From the NCBI RefSeq assembly GCF_002113885.1, contig NW_018406583.1:155355-219354 (forward strand): 64,000 nt of DNA. The letters run 5' to 3'. This document shows positions 1 through 13,066 of this stretch, piece after piece (position 1 is the stretch's first letter; the number at the start of each line of letters is the position of its first letter). The translations under genes and the position numbers were made by a program. This stretch comes from Mizuhopecten yessoensis (lineage: Eukaryota). Under the pieces are notes generated by a model that was given only the letters and a program-made list of their open reading frames with translations, did not search any database and was not told the origin of the DNA.

Positions 1-926
1 AACGTCTCTCAGGTATTCAAAACAAATAGCATGTACAAACAACAGTCGAGACACCTATTTAAGTTCAGATGCTGTGAACAAATATCAATCAAGAGACACA
101 AATTAATAATTTGAATAATTTTCAGAACTTTTTATATGTGACTACATAGTATTAATATTTGCCGTCATTATGGGTGGCCAAGACAGACTGCCACACAATG
201 CTGACGATGTGGAACGACCAATTTGCAGAAACCCGTTATGATGTTAAGATCTGTGAAGTAAAAACTTGGGTTGGCATGGTTTGTGGTTGTCTGTGGAATG
301 CTAATGTTAGCAGACGAATGTTAATGTAGCGTTATATGAAACAGGATCGCACATTATTTAGGATCTGATAACCGATAGGTCTAAGGTTTATATTAAGGAC
401 ATGCTTTTCAGATACCCTTGGTGACTAACTCAAGCATGTAATGGTTGTAAAAACGTATATTTACTTGGCTGATATCAAGATCATTTTTTTTCTGTATGGG
501 ATCTAACCAATCAACTAACTTAATAAACCAATGGTGATGGACAAGTCAGTTTAATTAACTGATATGAGGGGCAAGAACAATTTGATGAACACCTGAAGGT
601 CAAGGACAACCATAATCATATGCGTGGGTCAATAAACCTTGAAGGTCAAGGACAATCTTTAACATATGTGTTGGTTTTGGAACTATTTATATATGGAATT
701 GTTGAGGACAATTAATATGTGAAGGTCAAGGATAATTTGAAGAGATGTAAAGGTCAAGGACTATTGATCTTAATGGGTCAGATATAAAGATGGATATCAC
801 AACATTGGACTTTTATTTACACCATCAGAGAAATATAATATACTGCTTAATTTTCATTGTCACAACAGAAGATGTGAGATTTAAAAACTTTTTCAAAGTT
901 TCTCACATCAGGATTTGAGAACTTAC

Positions 927-1239
927 CGTAGATTTCAACCACCATCCCAAGGGGCATGACCAGCAACGAGACGAGTAGGTCAGCGATGGCTAAAGACATG
1001 AGGAAGTAGTTGGTCATATTTTGTAGGCGTCGGTCCCAGATTACGGCCAAACACACGAGCAGGTTACCCAGGGCGGACATGCAGATCACCAACAGCAGAA
1101 CCAACATGGCCAGCTGTGGCATGCGCTCCTCCACCCTGTCCACCCCGCTAGTGTTGGATAGGTTCCCACGCCCCTCATCACTCACATTCATTGTGTTGAT
1201 CAGCGTAACATCCTCAGGCAGTGTGGCATGGTCAAACAT
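927..1239 (-). CDS. HTR2: First coding exon (N-terminus, TM1, ICL1, TM2) of a 5-HT2-type serotonin receptor; its downstream exon would lie left of the window
   Basis: Translation MFDHATLPEDV...GNLLVCLAVIWDRRLQNMTNYFLMSLAIADLLVSLLVMPLGMVVEIY closely matches the 5-HT2 family TM1-TM2 motif (GN..V..AV....LQN.TNYFLMSLAIAD). Three N-glycosylation sequons (NVS, NLS, NTS) lie in the N-terminus. The first ATG is at 1239, with an in-frame TAG upstream (~1273-1275). The exon ends TAC G|gtaagt, a consensus phase-1 donor at 926-921. Confidence 0.9.
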
Positions 1240-1680
1240 ACAAACAGTTATCTCCGCCACACTTATATCTAACTATTCCAAATTAATCCAAAATTAATTT
1301 TTCCCGAAAATAAATTCCACACTTTTTTGAAGCACCTGGACTGCAGGTAATACCTGTATTTATTATCACCGGGTTTCTGTTAACACTGACTCAATAGAAA
1401 ACACATTGTGTGTGACTCCTCCTGTATTGAATGGACTTTATAGCTGATTGTATGTTGTGTGTGGGATGCTATGGGGGACTGGATAACCCCTGACGTAGGG
1501 AGCAGTACCTGGGGTGACCATCACAGAGAGCCACATCGTGTGATGACATCATATACACGCTGTCAGATCTGACTGTGGTGGGATTGTGAGGAGGATCTGC
1601 CTCAGCAGCTAGCTGTACACCAATCAAGTAGCAGGGGCTGGCCTAGTGTCCACCATATATACATAGCAGTGTAACTCCTC

Positions 1681-2410
1681 ACCATTCACCAGTCTACTCC
1701 TCGTTACTGATGTACTCACAGTAGACCATTCACCAGTCTACTCCTAGTAACTGATGTACTCACAGTAGACCATTCACCAGTGATTCTAAACGGTCAATTC
1801 AGTACTTCTCACTAGTATAGGTACTCCACAGTGTTATGATAGACACATGTTAATTCACTACTGTTTAATCACTTTTCATAATTCAATGGTTTTCACTATA
1901 TTCATAGTTCACTGGTTTTCACTATATTCATAGTTCACTGGTTTTCACTATTTTCATAGTAAACTGGTTTTCACTATTGTTATAATTTTGAGGTACTCAT
2001 CAGTACTGTATTAGTTCACTTGTACTCACTATTATAATAGTTCAGTAAAGTATTGTAATACACTGGTTTTCAGTATTTTTCAAAGTTCACTGGTTTTCAC
2101 TATTTTACTAATTAATGGGTGCTCATCAGTAACATATTAATTCACCTGTACTCAATCTTATAATAGTTCACTGGTTTTCACTTTTTTCAAAGTTTACTGG
2201 TTTTCATTATTTCATAGTTCACTGGTTTTTCGCTATTTTCATGGTTAACTGGTTTTCATTATTGTCATAATTAATGGGTACTCATCAATACTGTATTAGT
2301 TCACTTGTACTCACTATTATAAAAGTTCACTGGTTTTTACTTTTGTAATAATTCATGGGTACTCGTACCTTATTAGTTCACTTGTATTCACTCTTGCAAT
2401 AGTTCACTGA
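1681..2410. repeat. 44-bp tandem duplication (x2.3) followed by a degenerate ~26-bp repeat (ATAGTTCACTGGTTTTCACTATTTTC)
   Basis: accattcaccagtctactcct... recurs at 1681, 1725 and 1769; gttcactggttttcact variants recur from 1890 to 2410. Confidence 0.75.
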
Positions 2411-3176
2411 TACTGTTGTAATTCTAGACACTGTCTATTCACACTGTAGTAAAACTAACATTGTCCTTCGCTGGTATTTATTGTCTATTTACATGCCAGC
2501 TCCTAGGGTACATACAGGGTGCATCGGTGCTGTCCATGATTTCGTAGTCCTGGACCTTTCTGTATAGTCATCTGATAATTACATGATCAGTTAGGTCCTG
2601 GTAGCATCTAGTCCTCTTATACTGGTTAGTGTTGTAATGGAACGAGGATTTCTTAATAATTCCACATCACATCTGAGATTCTACAAAACAGGTTCGTATG
2701 TTTGTTCAATTACCTCTGTGGTCATCCATGTAATTACAGTTTCCTGGTCTGTAGAACACTTTAATTCCCTCGCCTAGGTCTTCCTTGCCAGAAGTATTTA
2801 CTTACATGGTCTAAAGATCTGCTCACGATAGCTATAGAGCTGCTGAGGTTCATGCGTGTACGATTAAGTATGGTGAATGATAGTTTGTTCCTATGTCCTT
2901 TTTTTTTTACGCGGTGATGATGTCTGGGAAAGATTTAGTTAACTCCAATTATATGGTTTAGTGTATCCATCTCCTCATCATATAGAATCTCCATTAAGTG
3001 GCCAGGTCCTACCTGCAATCACCATCATTCACACCTGTCGGCCTCTTTATGATCAGAACTGTATATTTACTTACATTAGACAGTGATGCCACAACTGTAT
3101 CGCTATAACTATCATAATTCACCTGTCCAGTATCTGTAGCTAATGAGATACTCCTAATGTTTAGTTCAGCTTAGTA

Positions 3177-3769
3177 GCCTTGAGCCTATCTACCCCTGTA
3201 AGTGTATCATCCTTGAGCCTATCTACCCCTGTAAATGTATCAGCTTTGAGCCTATCTGCCCCTGTAAATGTATCAGCCTTGAGCCTATCTACCCCTGTAA
3301 ATGTATCAGCCTTGAGCCTATCTACCCCTGTAAATGTATCAGCCTTGAGCCTATCTACCCCTGTAAATGTATCAGCCTTGAGCCTATCTACCCCTGTAAA
3401 TGTATCAGCCTTGAGCCTATCTACCCCTGTAAATGTATCAGCCTTGAGCCTATCTACCCCTGTAAATGTATCAGCCTTGAGCCTATCTACCCCTGTAAAT
3501 GTATCAGCCTTGAGCCTATCTACCCCTGTAAATGTATCAGCCTTGAGCCTATCTACCCCTGTAAATGTATCAGCTTTGAGCCTATCTGCCCCTGTAAATG
3601 TATCAGCTTTGAGCCTATCTGCCCCTGTAAATGTATCAGCCTTGAGCCTTTCTACCCCTGTAAATGTATCAGCCTTGAGCCTATCTACCCCTGTAATTGT
3701 ATCAGCCTTCAGCCTATCTACCCCTGTAAGTGTATCAGCCTTGAGCCTATCTACCCCTGTAAGTGTATC
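3177..3769. repeat. 33-bp minisatellite, ~18 copies (GCCTTGAGCCTATCTACCCCTGTAAATGTATCA)
   Basis: Read directly; it explains the SLSTPVNVSAL-repeat ORF. Confidence 0.97.
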
Positions 3770-5596
3770 GATACAGTACCAAACCTCCCTACCATGTGCT
3801 GCAACGGCTATGAGAGATAGGTCGGTATAACCATATCAATATTTAACTCTCCCTGCTCTTTTAACAATTAACAGCTATACAGAACCCTTTACCACACCTA
3901 TAACCATGGCCGGGGGCTAGCTCAGATTCACAATAACTATTAATACCATTTCCGCGCCATTTGATTTTCAATCAGATAATTTGTTTGTCTTGGTGATTAA
4001 TACTGTTCCGACAGAAACTTGGCCTTGTATGTTTGACCTTGTGTTAGCTATCAGGAGCAAAATAGTACAGAAAGATTGTTGAGAATTGAGTAGAGTTATA
4101 GGTTATGTCACCAGTACCTATTTTGTCTATAAGGGCGGGCTTAAGTCTTATCTTACGATGCTGGATTATCTAGGACATTTACCAAAAACCAGCTATCTCA
4201 AAATCAACAGATAATTAAGTGATTTAGCAATCCCACAAATTTAACTCAGGTTGTGGCATTTTGAGCTCTGGAAAATGATGACCCCGGAGTACTGAGCTAG
4301 GTTAAGCCCTACCGAGGACTGTTGGCTCCAAGTGCCAGTGGTAATCGATGGAGTCTAAATTCAATTTTATTTATCTGGCTGGAGAGTTAAAAAAAGCATA
4401 TTAAATCACTTATCTAGATGTTTAATCTGACGAATGTTTGGTAAATTTTCGGTTATTTTCAGTGCTAATGAGTGATAATTAAAAAAATATTTTGAGTGAA
4501 ATCTTTGCTGCAGGTGTCTGCTTAAAAATGTGCGAGACATTTTCTGCAAGGAAAGTTTACATGTGCCTAAGGTGGATATGATTGCAGATGAGTAGGTATG
4601 TCTGATGTATGGGCACCTGTGTTGTTTCAGCTGCGGCTCCTACTTATCTATACACACCACACTTCCTACAGCTAATTAATTGTTCCCTCACATAGTTTGT
4701 ATGGCTAATTTTCACCACCATCTATTTACATGATGAATTGAACGGCTAATTTGTATAGTCTTTTTGTATGAAAGATGAGTTGTACAATAGCTGAGTGTTT
4801 CATTCATGTCGTAGGTAAGACTACTCCCTCTGAGCTTACACAGAATTGTACTAAGTCCACCAGAATCATTTACTGATGTTCGGTAAAGAAAAATTGGCCA
4901 GTACGTTCTTCACACAGCATTTAGTGTTAAGTAGGTATCCATATTCCTCTGTAGAATTATACAACACATGTCTGATATTTCACAGTTAACACTGTGGCTA
5001 ATTCGTAATGTGTATTTGATGAATGCTGCTCCTTTGAAATATAATCACAAATTCCTTATAGTAATTCCATACAGAATCACAAGATAAGAATCTCGGCTAT
5101 CCAGTCTAGTGTGTCTTTGATTTGTACATGTTTCGGGTTGTCATCGTCAGCTTCGGCAGCCATTAGTCTCCACATAAGTAATTGTGACTATACCTACATC
5201 CTCCGTGTCCTCTTGTTAGTCAGGTGTGATAGCCAGGTGTTTTCCTGCCTGACCTTCTGACAGATTTCACCTATAAGTTAGTATATCTCCCCACGATTTC
5301 TATCGAACCACACCTCCAGTATAGCGTCACATCAAACGAGCTGGCATGTTTTTCTCTCTAATGACAGCTGTAATTAACCTTGATGTAACGACTTATCTCT
5401 CAGGTGAGTTACAAAGGTAGATCATACAGCCAGTAATGAATTGAAACCATATCTAATCTAATATTGAAATGAAGTGGTGATATATGACTTATGTAGATGA
5501 GTCTCGACACTGACTCTATTGTAAACCACATATACTCAAGCATCCTAATTGGTTTTCTATTTTGTCAGTCCTGAAGCATACTTAGAATACCATTAT

Positions 5597-5883
5597 CACC
5601 ATACTCTTTTTAAAGTTAGAATTTATGGACATTTTTGTCCCATGTGTCATTTTCTTTTGTAAAATGGATTTTTTTTTTACCATATACTTAAGTTGTTTAA
5701 GGTAAAAAAAATGTTTACCATATTTGTTGTAATATTACCATACCCTTTTTAAAGTTAGAAATTATTGACATTTTTTGTCCAATGTGACATTTTCTTTTGT
5801 GAAATAATAAAAGAAATATCATATACTAAAGTTGTGTTTAAGGTAAATAAAAGAAATATTAAAAGTACCATATTTGTTGTAAT
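5597..5883. repeat. Diverged ~140-bp tandem duplication
   Basis: ttttaaagttagaa...gacatttttgtcc...tttcttttgt...catatact...accatatttgttgtaat occurs twice. Confidence 0.75.
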
Positions 5884-6322
5884 TAGCACCTGTCCTCTTG
5901 CAAATGCTCTTTATTTTTTGGGAAATTATTTTAAGTTATCTAAGCATTTTCCCAAACTAAGATCAAGGTCAAGCTCTTTATTACTTTGAGCTTTACAGCT
6001 CATCAGTATGCAATACAGTGCAAACTATGTAAAGACACCCTCCCCGATAAGTACAAATTTATATTTTTTCGCACCATTTTTGGTCGGTAATTTAAGGGGA
6101 GATAATGCTGAAGGCATTGGTAAAAGTACAATTTTCAGCTGTCGTGTCTGATAGGCATGCCTATTGCCACTCCATTGTTTTTATTTACCAACACTACTGC
6201 AATGATAATTGGTCGTAACACCTGGATTTGATGGCCTTGTTACTTTGATGGATTATGGATACACTTGCATAGAGACGTTAACTTTGAGCGAGACACTTGA
6301 ATTTAATTTATGGCACTCAGTA

Positions 6323-6461
6323 AAAAAATTGAAGTAGAGGTAACATTCTGTGTTAATACAGCCCTTGACAAAAAATTGAAGTAGAGGTAACATTCTGTGT
6401 TAATTCAGCCCTTGACAAAAAATTGAAGTGAAATAACATACTGTGTCAATTCAGCCCTTGA
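6323..6461. repeat. 47-bp tandem repeat x3
   Basis: aaaaaattgaagtagaggtaacattctgtgttaat(a/t)cagcccttgac repeated. Confidence 0.85.
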
Positions 6462-8226
6462 TTTCATAACAAACACTTCACCGACTTATATAACTGTTTA
6501 CCCAGTGATTGTGGTATGATTTGGAATAGGGGCAGAACCTTAAATGTGAATTTGAAAACTATATAATGTTCCTTGTCTCCATCATTTGTATGAATCTAAA
6601 CTTTTTCCTGTCCATATGAGCGGGCAAGCTTGTTGACAGTCGTGTGAACAGGTACTATTGTCCCGGGGGGAGCAATTAATGGATTATGATATCCGATCAA
6701 TTCTCTCATTCACAGAGCTGTTTGTCCGTATTTGATGACGTAGAATATTGTAGCATCAATGCTTCCTAATTAGTATGACACCATGGTCCTCCAATCGAAT
6801 CCGTTCATTCAATGTGTTTCGCTGATATAATAGGATCGTCAGTAAGAAAACAAGCTGTGCACGTAAAAGTTTGTGTCATAACGCAGAACAACCGTGTAAT
6901 CAAATCTATCATATTACCCGTAAAAAGGGGCATGAAATCTAGACGATGAGTGGTCGATGTATGATGTTAATGGACAAGTAACAACCTGGAGGATGCGGGG
7001 CGCTATATTGATCAGAAAAGTTGGAGACATCTCGCAGTCTGACAGGTTGTACAGTGGCACTGAAATAGAGACTGTTTTATTACAAATTATTCTTGTTGTA
7101 ATCGGCAGTATTTTGTTACATTTCCACTTGTTCGATTTAAGCCATTTAATTCAAAGCCATTTCCATTGAATTCCATTCCCTGCTTTTGATAACGAATTTA
7201 TTTACTCCCTGTTGGGGATTTTTTAAAAATAAAAATATTGAAAAAATATTTAGTATGGAACAACATTATTTTTTTTGTAATTGGGAATCTCTTTGAATCT
7301 TGCTTCTGACTAAAATTCCATTTAAAGCTTTGTTCAGCGGCTTTCCTGACAAATGCCAGTTACTTTTGTTCTGTTGGATGCAGTTGTCATTTTGTCTTAA
7401 ATTATTAATGATCATTGATCAAGTAGTATCAGTGTATGTGTGTCTTTCATGCAATCTTGGGGATTCATTTTCTTTTTGAGACTAATGTGAAACAAGAAAT
7501 TCATCACATTGATTGTCCAATTTTGCCATAAGTTGGATATTTCAGGCTGCATTACAGTTCTCGGGAATTAATCTCCCGGAGAATGAAATAAAATAAAATG
7601 CAATGGTGAAAAGCGGCAGGTCTGAGAAAGATTAAAGGGACAATGAGACGCCTAAGGCTTGTTATATTGGACACCTAATGTTCATTTGGAGGCTCTGTTA
7701 AGCAGCTCGGTGTTAATCAAATTGATAAGCTTATGAAATTAACGAATACAAATTTCAATTCTGAAATTAGTAGGACTGTCATAACTTTCATTGTGAGCCG
7801 GCAAATTAAATGATTTCATGTGAAGACATAAAAAAGAACGGGCATAGAAAAGTAATTGTTTGATACAAATAGGATTTTCTATAGTGTCATTATAGAATTT
7901 TCTTTAGTAAAAACTGGCGATGAATAATGGGTTTATTTTGTTGTCATTATAGAGGTATTTCCGAGTGGTCTGCGTAAGGTCTGTTTTAGGGCAGAATGTC
8001 TGTTTTAGGAAGCACTGGTGGATGTATGTGGTGAGGGGTTTAAGTGGCCCCCCTTTATGTCCATGGTACTCACAAGCACACGTACACCAGTAAACACTGG
8101 CTCATTGTTTATAGCGGAAAATGATCATTTATGTTAATTTGTTTGACACAATTGATCAGAAAAATGTTCAGTAAAAGTTAAATTTAAATAAAACGTGACA
8201 ATTCTTTTACAAAATAGAATCTTGTG

Positions 8227-8317
8227 TCAATTCATTCACCCCCAAAATTTCATAATGAACTATTCCAACCTTTGAATTGGAAGAGTTTAAATGTGTCTTC
8301 AGGAGTAAATGAGTTAA
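8227..8317 (+). mobile_element. 91-bp hairpin MITE, subfamily A (degenerate left end)
   Basis: TIR-like ttcattcacccc...ggagtaaatgagttaa; core tttcataatgaactattccaacctttgaattggaagag. Confidence 0.85.
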
Positions 8318-8708
8318 TGAACATGTCATACATTGATTTAACTGTTTCGAAATCCAAGATATATGGAAAATCAACAAACTTAATACAATTTGCATTGATG
8401 TAAGGAATATATGTTACGGGTAAAGAGGCTAAAAATCAAAGTGGAAGGTCACATGGTTAAACAAATTTAAAACAGCAATTTCCCAAGGAAAATATCTCTT
8501 ATATTCTATTATTGGTCAGAGAAATATAAAGATTCAGTGTAGGGAACGAAGATGTTTAAAATAAATGTATCACACATTTGTTTCTACCTTTAGTTGTTTG
8601 TCATGTTTATCGTGGATTATAACGTAAATAATGAAATTTGAATTAAATGTGAATATGTAATATGAAGGCTGCATGGAGAGCAAAGTTCAAGGTCGCAATA
8701 TCTCTTGG

Positions 8709-8801
8709 TTAACTCATTCACCCCTACATATCTAAATAGGACTTGCCCAGTCTTTGATTCGGTAAGGTTCAAATGGGACTATAGATGTGAATCATGGTTA
8801 A
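8709..8801 (+). mobile_element. ~91-bp hairpin MITE, subfamily C
   Basis: ttaactcattcacccctacatatctaaataggacttgcccagtctttgattcggtaaggttcaaatgggact...ggttaa. Confidence 0.85.
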
Positions 8802-8947
8802 ATGTTTTTTTTCAAACATGCCTTTCTCTGAAATTCAAGAAATATCATCAAGTGATACTTAACCGCTGTTTGTTATGACATAAGTATGCGAAGTAATCTG
8901 GTTAACTTGATTTGAATAAATACTTCATCAGGAAGAAAGATTTGAAA

Positions 8948-9141
8948 TACTGTGAAATCTCTACTTTTTGTGGGGTTTTAAATTTCATTTAAGATCTTCT
9001 TCCACTTATTCATATGTCCACGAAGTAATTACAAGTTTGACATGAAGTAATTCTTCGTTTGAGTGGGGACTTGTAATCCACGAATTCATGTAGCCAGGAA
9101 ATGGTGATTTGTTGGGTAACCACGAAATTCGGGCCACAGTA
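8948..9141. mobile_element. Degenerate Tc1/mariner-like MITE (TACTGTG...CACAGTA ends, repeated CCACGAA motifs)
   Basis: Short terminal inverted repeat with TA ends and three ccacgaa motifs; a similar decayed element lies at ~50205-50420. Confidence 0.45.
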
Positions 9142-9178
9142 ACAGTCATATTTGCTGGATACATCAAAAGATGGGACA

Positions 9179-9614
9179 TGTGTTTTGCAGAGTTTGGTGA
9201 AGATTTATAAAATATGTTTTGGTGCTGAAAGCTGGTGAGAATTCTAACTTCTGAAGAAGAAACTTAACACACCATGTCTTGATGCCGAGAGCTAACGAGG
9301 ATGCTGAACTTTTCAATAGAAATTTAAATACAATATTTCTTAGTGCTGAGAGCTTCTGAGAATACTAAACTTCTGACTAGGAATGTAAACAAAATATGTC
9401 TTACTGCTGATAATTGGATTTATGGAAATATTTTACAGGGTAATATATTTTATGAACATAGAATGTTCTTGAATTTGGTTTGTTTGAATATATTGTTGTT
9501 ATTTATATCTTTTATTATTCAACGCTTTATGGAATACTGCTATCAAAGCTATTGCTGAGAGTTGGCAGAGAGACAGTGAAGTGTTAGGAAGGTTTGCCAA
9601 CATTTGTAAAATTG
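9179..9614 (+). repeat. 436-bp direct repeat, copy 1
   Basis: Near-identical to 11526..11961 (offset 2347); the identical 71-aa ORFs at 9343 and 11690 reflect this. Confidence 0.95.
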
Positions 9615-11392
9615 TCAGAGTGACCAGTGAAGCTTTAGACCACTATCTATAGTCAGAGTGACCAGTGAAGCTTTAGACCACTATCTTTAGTCAGAGTGAC
9701 CAGTGAAGCTTTAGACTACTATCTTTAGTCAGAGTGACCAGTGAAGCTTTAGACCACTATCTTTAGTCAGTGACCAGTGAAGCTTTAGTCCACTATCTTT
9801 AGTCAGAGTGACCGCTGAAGCTTTAGACCACTATCTATAGTCAGAGTGACCAGTGAAGCTTAAGACCACTATCTATAGTCAGAGTGACCAGTGAAGCTTT
9901 AGACCACTATCTATAGTCAGAGTGACCAGTGAAGCTTTAGACCACTATCTTTAGTCAGAGTGACCAGTGAAGCTTTAGACTACTATCTTTAGTCAGAGTG
10001 ACCAGTGAAGCTTTAGACCACTATCTTTAGTCAGTGACCAGTGAAGCTTTAGTCCACTATCTTTAGTCAGAGTGACCGCTGAAGCTTTAGACCACTATCT
10101 ATAGTCAGAGTGACCAGTGAAGCTTAAGACCACTATCTATAGTCAGAGTGACCAGTGAAGCTTTAGACCACTATCTATAGTCAGAGTGACCAGTGAAGCT
10201 TTAGTCCACGATCTTTAGTCAGAGTGACCAGTGAAGCTTTAGACCACTATCTATAGTCAGAGTGACCAGTGAATCTTTAGACCACTATCTTTAGTCAGAG
10301 TGACCAGTGAAGCTTTAGACTACTATCTTTAGTCAGAGTGACCAGTGAAGCTTTAGACCACTATCTTTAGTCAGAGTGACCAGTGAAGCTTTAGTCCACG
10401 ATCTTTAGTCAGAGTGACCAGTGAAGCTTTAGACCACTATCTATAGTCAGAGTGACCAGTGAAGCTTTAGTCCACTATCTTTAGTCAGAGTGACCAGTGA
10501 AGCTTTAGACTACTATCTTTAGTCAGAGTGACCAGTGAAGCTTTAGACCACTATCTTTAGTCAGAGTGACCAGTGAAGCTTTAGTCCACTATCTTTAGTC
10601 AGAGTGACCAGTGAAGCTTTAGACCACTATCTTTAGTCAGAGTGACCAGTGAAGCTTTAGACCACTATCTTTAGTCAGAGTGACCAGTGAAGCTTTAGAC
10701 TACTATCTTTAGTCAGAGTGACCTGTGAAGCTTTAGACCACTATCTTTAGTCAGAGTGACCGGTGAAGCTTAAATTTAGTCTACTATCTTTAGTCAGAGT
10801 GACCAGTGAAGCTTAAGTCCACTATCTTTAGTCAGAGTGACCAGTGAAGCTTTAAATTAGACCACTATCTTTAGTCAGTGACCAGTGAAGCTTTAGTCCA
10901 CTATCTTTAGTCAGAGTGACCTGTGAAGCTTTAGACCCCTATCTATAGTCAGAGGGACCGGTAAAGCTTTAGACCACCGGAATCTATAGTCAGAGTGACC
11001 TGTGGAGCTTTAGACCACTATCTATAGACAGAGTGACCAGTGAAGCTTAAGTCCACTATCTTTAGTCAGAGAGACCGGTGAAGCTTTAGACCACTATCTA
11101 TAGTCAGAGTGACCGGTGAAGCTTTAGACCACTGGTATCTATAGTCAGAGTGACCTGTGAAGCTTTAGACCACTATCTATAGTCAGAGTGACCAGTGAAG
11201 CTTTAGACCACTGGTATCTATAGTCAGAGTGACCGGTGAAGCTTTAGACCACTGCATATATAGTCAGAGTGACCGGTAAAGCTTTAGACCACTATCTATA
11301 GTCAGAGTGACCTGTGGAGCTTTAGACCACTATCTATAGTCAGAGTGACCGGTAAAGCTTTAGACCACTGGTATCTATAGTCAGAGTGACCG
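9614..11392. repeat. 38-bp satellite array 1 (GTCAGAGTGACCAGTGAAGCTTTAGACCACTATCT(A/T)TA), ~46 monomers, HindIII site per monomer
   Basis: Period 38 (9614, 9652, ...). Confidence 0.97.
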
Positions 11393-11525
11393 TTACTTCA
11401 GTGACCGCTTAACTTAAGTGATCGTTACTAAGGTGACTGCTATACTTAGTTGATCCTTAATTAGATGATTGTTACCTAGGTGACCGTTTCTTAAGTGACC
11501 GTTACTAAGATGACTGTAACCTAGG
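11393..11525. repeat. Short degenerate stretch of the 30-bp (2x15) satellite
   Basis: Junction and monomers match 15066 onward (gttactaagatgactgtaacctaggtg). Confidence 0.85.
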
Positions 11526-11961
11526 TGTGTTTTGCAGAGTTTGGTGAAGATTTATAAAATATGTTTTGGTGCTGAAAGCTGGTGAGAATTCTAACTTCTG
11601 AAGAAGAATCTTAACACACCATGTCTTGATGCCGAGAGCTAACGAGGATGCTGAACTTTTCAATAGAAATTTAAATACAATATTTCTTAGTGCTGAGAGC
11701 TTCTGAGAATACTAAACTTCTGACTAGGAATGTAAACAAAATATGTCTTACTGCTGATAATTGGATTTATGGAAATATTTTACAGGGTAATATATTTTAT
11801 GAACATAGAATGTTCTTGAATTTGGTTTGTTTGAATATATTGTTGTTATTTATATCTTTTATTATTCAACGCTTTATGGAATACTGCTATCAAAGCTATT
11901 GCTGAGAGTTGGCAGAGAGACAGTGAAGTGTTAGGAAGGTTTGCCAACATTTGTAAAATTG
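11526..11961 (+). repeat. 436-bp direct repeat, copy 2
   Basis: Matches 9179..9614; one substitution noticed (gaagaaactt vs gaagaatctt). Confidence 0.95.
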
Positions 11962-12369
11962 ACAGCCCCACAAAACTCGGATAGGATGATATATTTATCA
12001 TGGCCCTATCAGACTTTCTTGAACAATTTCATGTGAAGATAAATAGTGATAACTGCCACACTACAAATCTTTTCTGAGTTTTAGGTTTTCACACTCCCAG
12101 GGGTGGTTTTGTTCTGATCTATCTACCCCACCCACACATGAGACCTATACATGGAGATATAGATCCCAGGGGTGTTGGCCTGTCTGGTATAATCAGCTCA
12201 TACAAAATGTTCATGTAAACTGGAATTACCTAGACTAAAGGACATCCCCTCTCTCGTATTCTGTTGTTCCTTTTAACTCCTAACATCACCACATCTATCA
12301 AATGCAGATTCTTTATTTCCAATCATCCAAATAAATTATTATTATTACTAAGCATACATTCCCGGAATA

Positions 12370-12867
12370 GAGTTGTGAAATCTGCTAAAGTTATAATCTG
12401 ATAATACATTCTATATCTACAATTTACATTTGAGTTGTGAAATCTGCTAAACTTATAATCGGATAACCCATTCTATATCTACAATTTACATTTGAGTTGT
12501 GAAATCTGCAAAACTTATAATCTGATAACCCATTCTATATCTACAATTTACATTTGAGTTGTGAAATGTTCTAAAGTTATAATCTGATAATCCATTTTAT
12601 ATCTACAATTTACATTTGAGTTGTGAATTCTGCTAAACTTATAATCTGATAACCCATTCTGTATCTTCAATTTACATTTGAGTTGTGAAATGTTCTAAAG
12701 TTATACTCTGATAATCCATTTTATATCTACAATTTACATTTGAGTTGTGAATTCTGCTAAACTTATAATCTGATAACCCATTCTGTATCTTCAATTTACA
12801 TTTGAGTTGTGAAATCTGCTAAACTTATAATCTGATAACCCATTCTATATCTACAATTTACATTTGA
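12370..12867. repeat. 62-63-bp tandem repeat, ~8 copies
   Basis: gagttgtgaaatctgctaaacttataatctgataacccattctatatctacaatttacattt repeated. Confidence 0.95.
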
Positions 12868-13020
12868 ACATCTCTCCACTGACCTATCAGATTCATTGAA
12901 TCTATGATCACTAATAGACATGGTCTAGACATGGACAACTGGAAAGGATTTTATCTAGTTGCCGTCCCCTCTTATCCTTTACCCCTCTTCTGTTCCCTAT
13001 CTTGATCGTGCCCTCCAAAT

Positions 13021-13066
13021 CCTTTGCCCCTCCTTTGCCCCTCCTTTGCCCCTCCTTTGCCCCTCC
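13021..13066. repeat. 11-bp microsatellite-like repeat (CCTTTGCCCCT)x4
   Basis: Read directly. Confidence 0.9.

Noticed and set aside
847-926. C-terminal part of the 137-aa ORF (KFSNPDV...) and its GTG start at 1260
   Set aside because: Read-through into the intron after the gtaagt donor; the first ATG is at 1239.
3180-3830. 216-aa SLSTPVNVSAL-repeat ORF
   Set aside because: Translation of a 33-bp minisatellite with a non-ATG start; no splice or other coding evidence.
9179-11964. LTR retrotransposon/TRIM
   Set aside because: TG...CA-like ends, but no TSD, PBS, PPT or gag/pol; the interior is satellite. Kept only as an alternative hypothesis.
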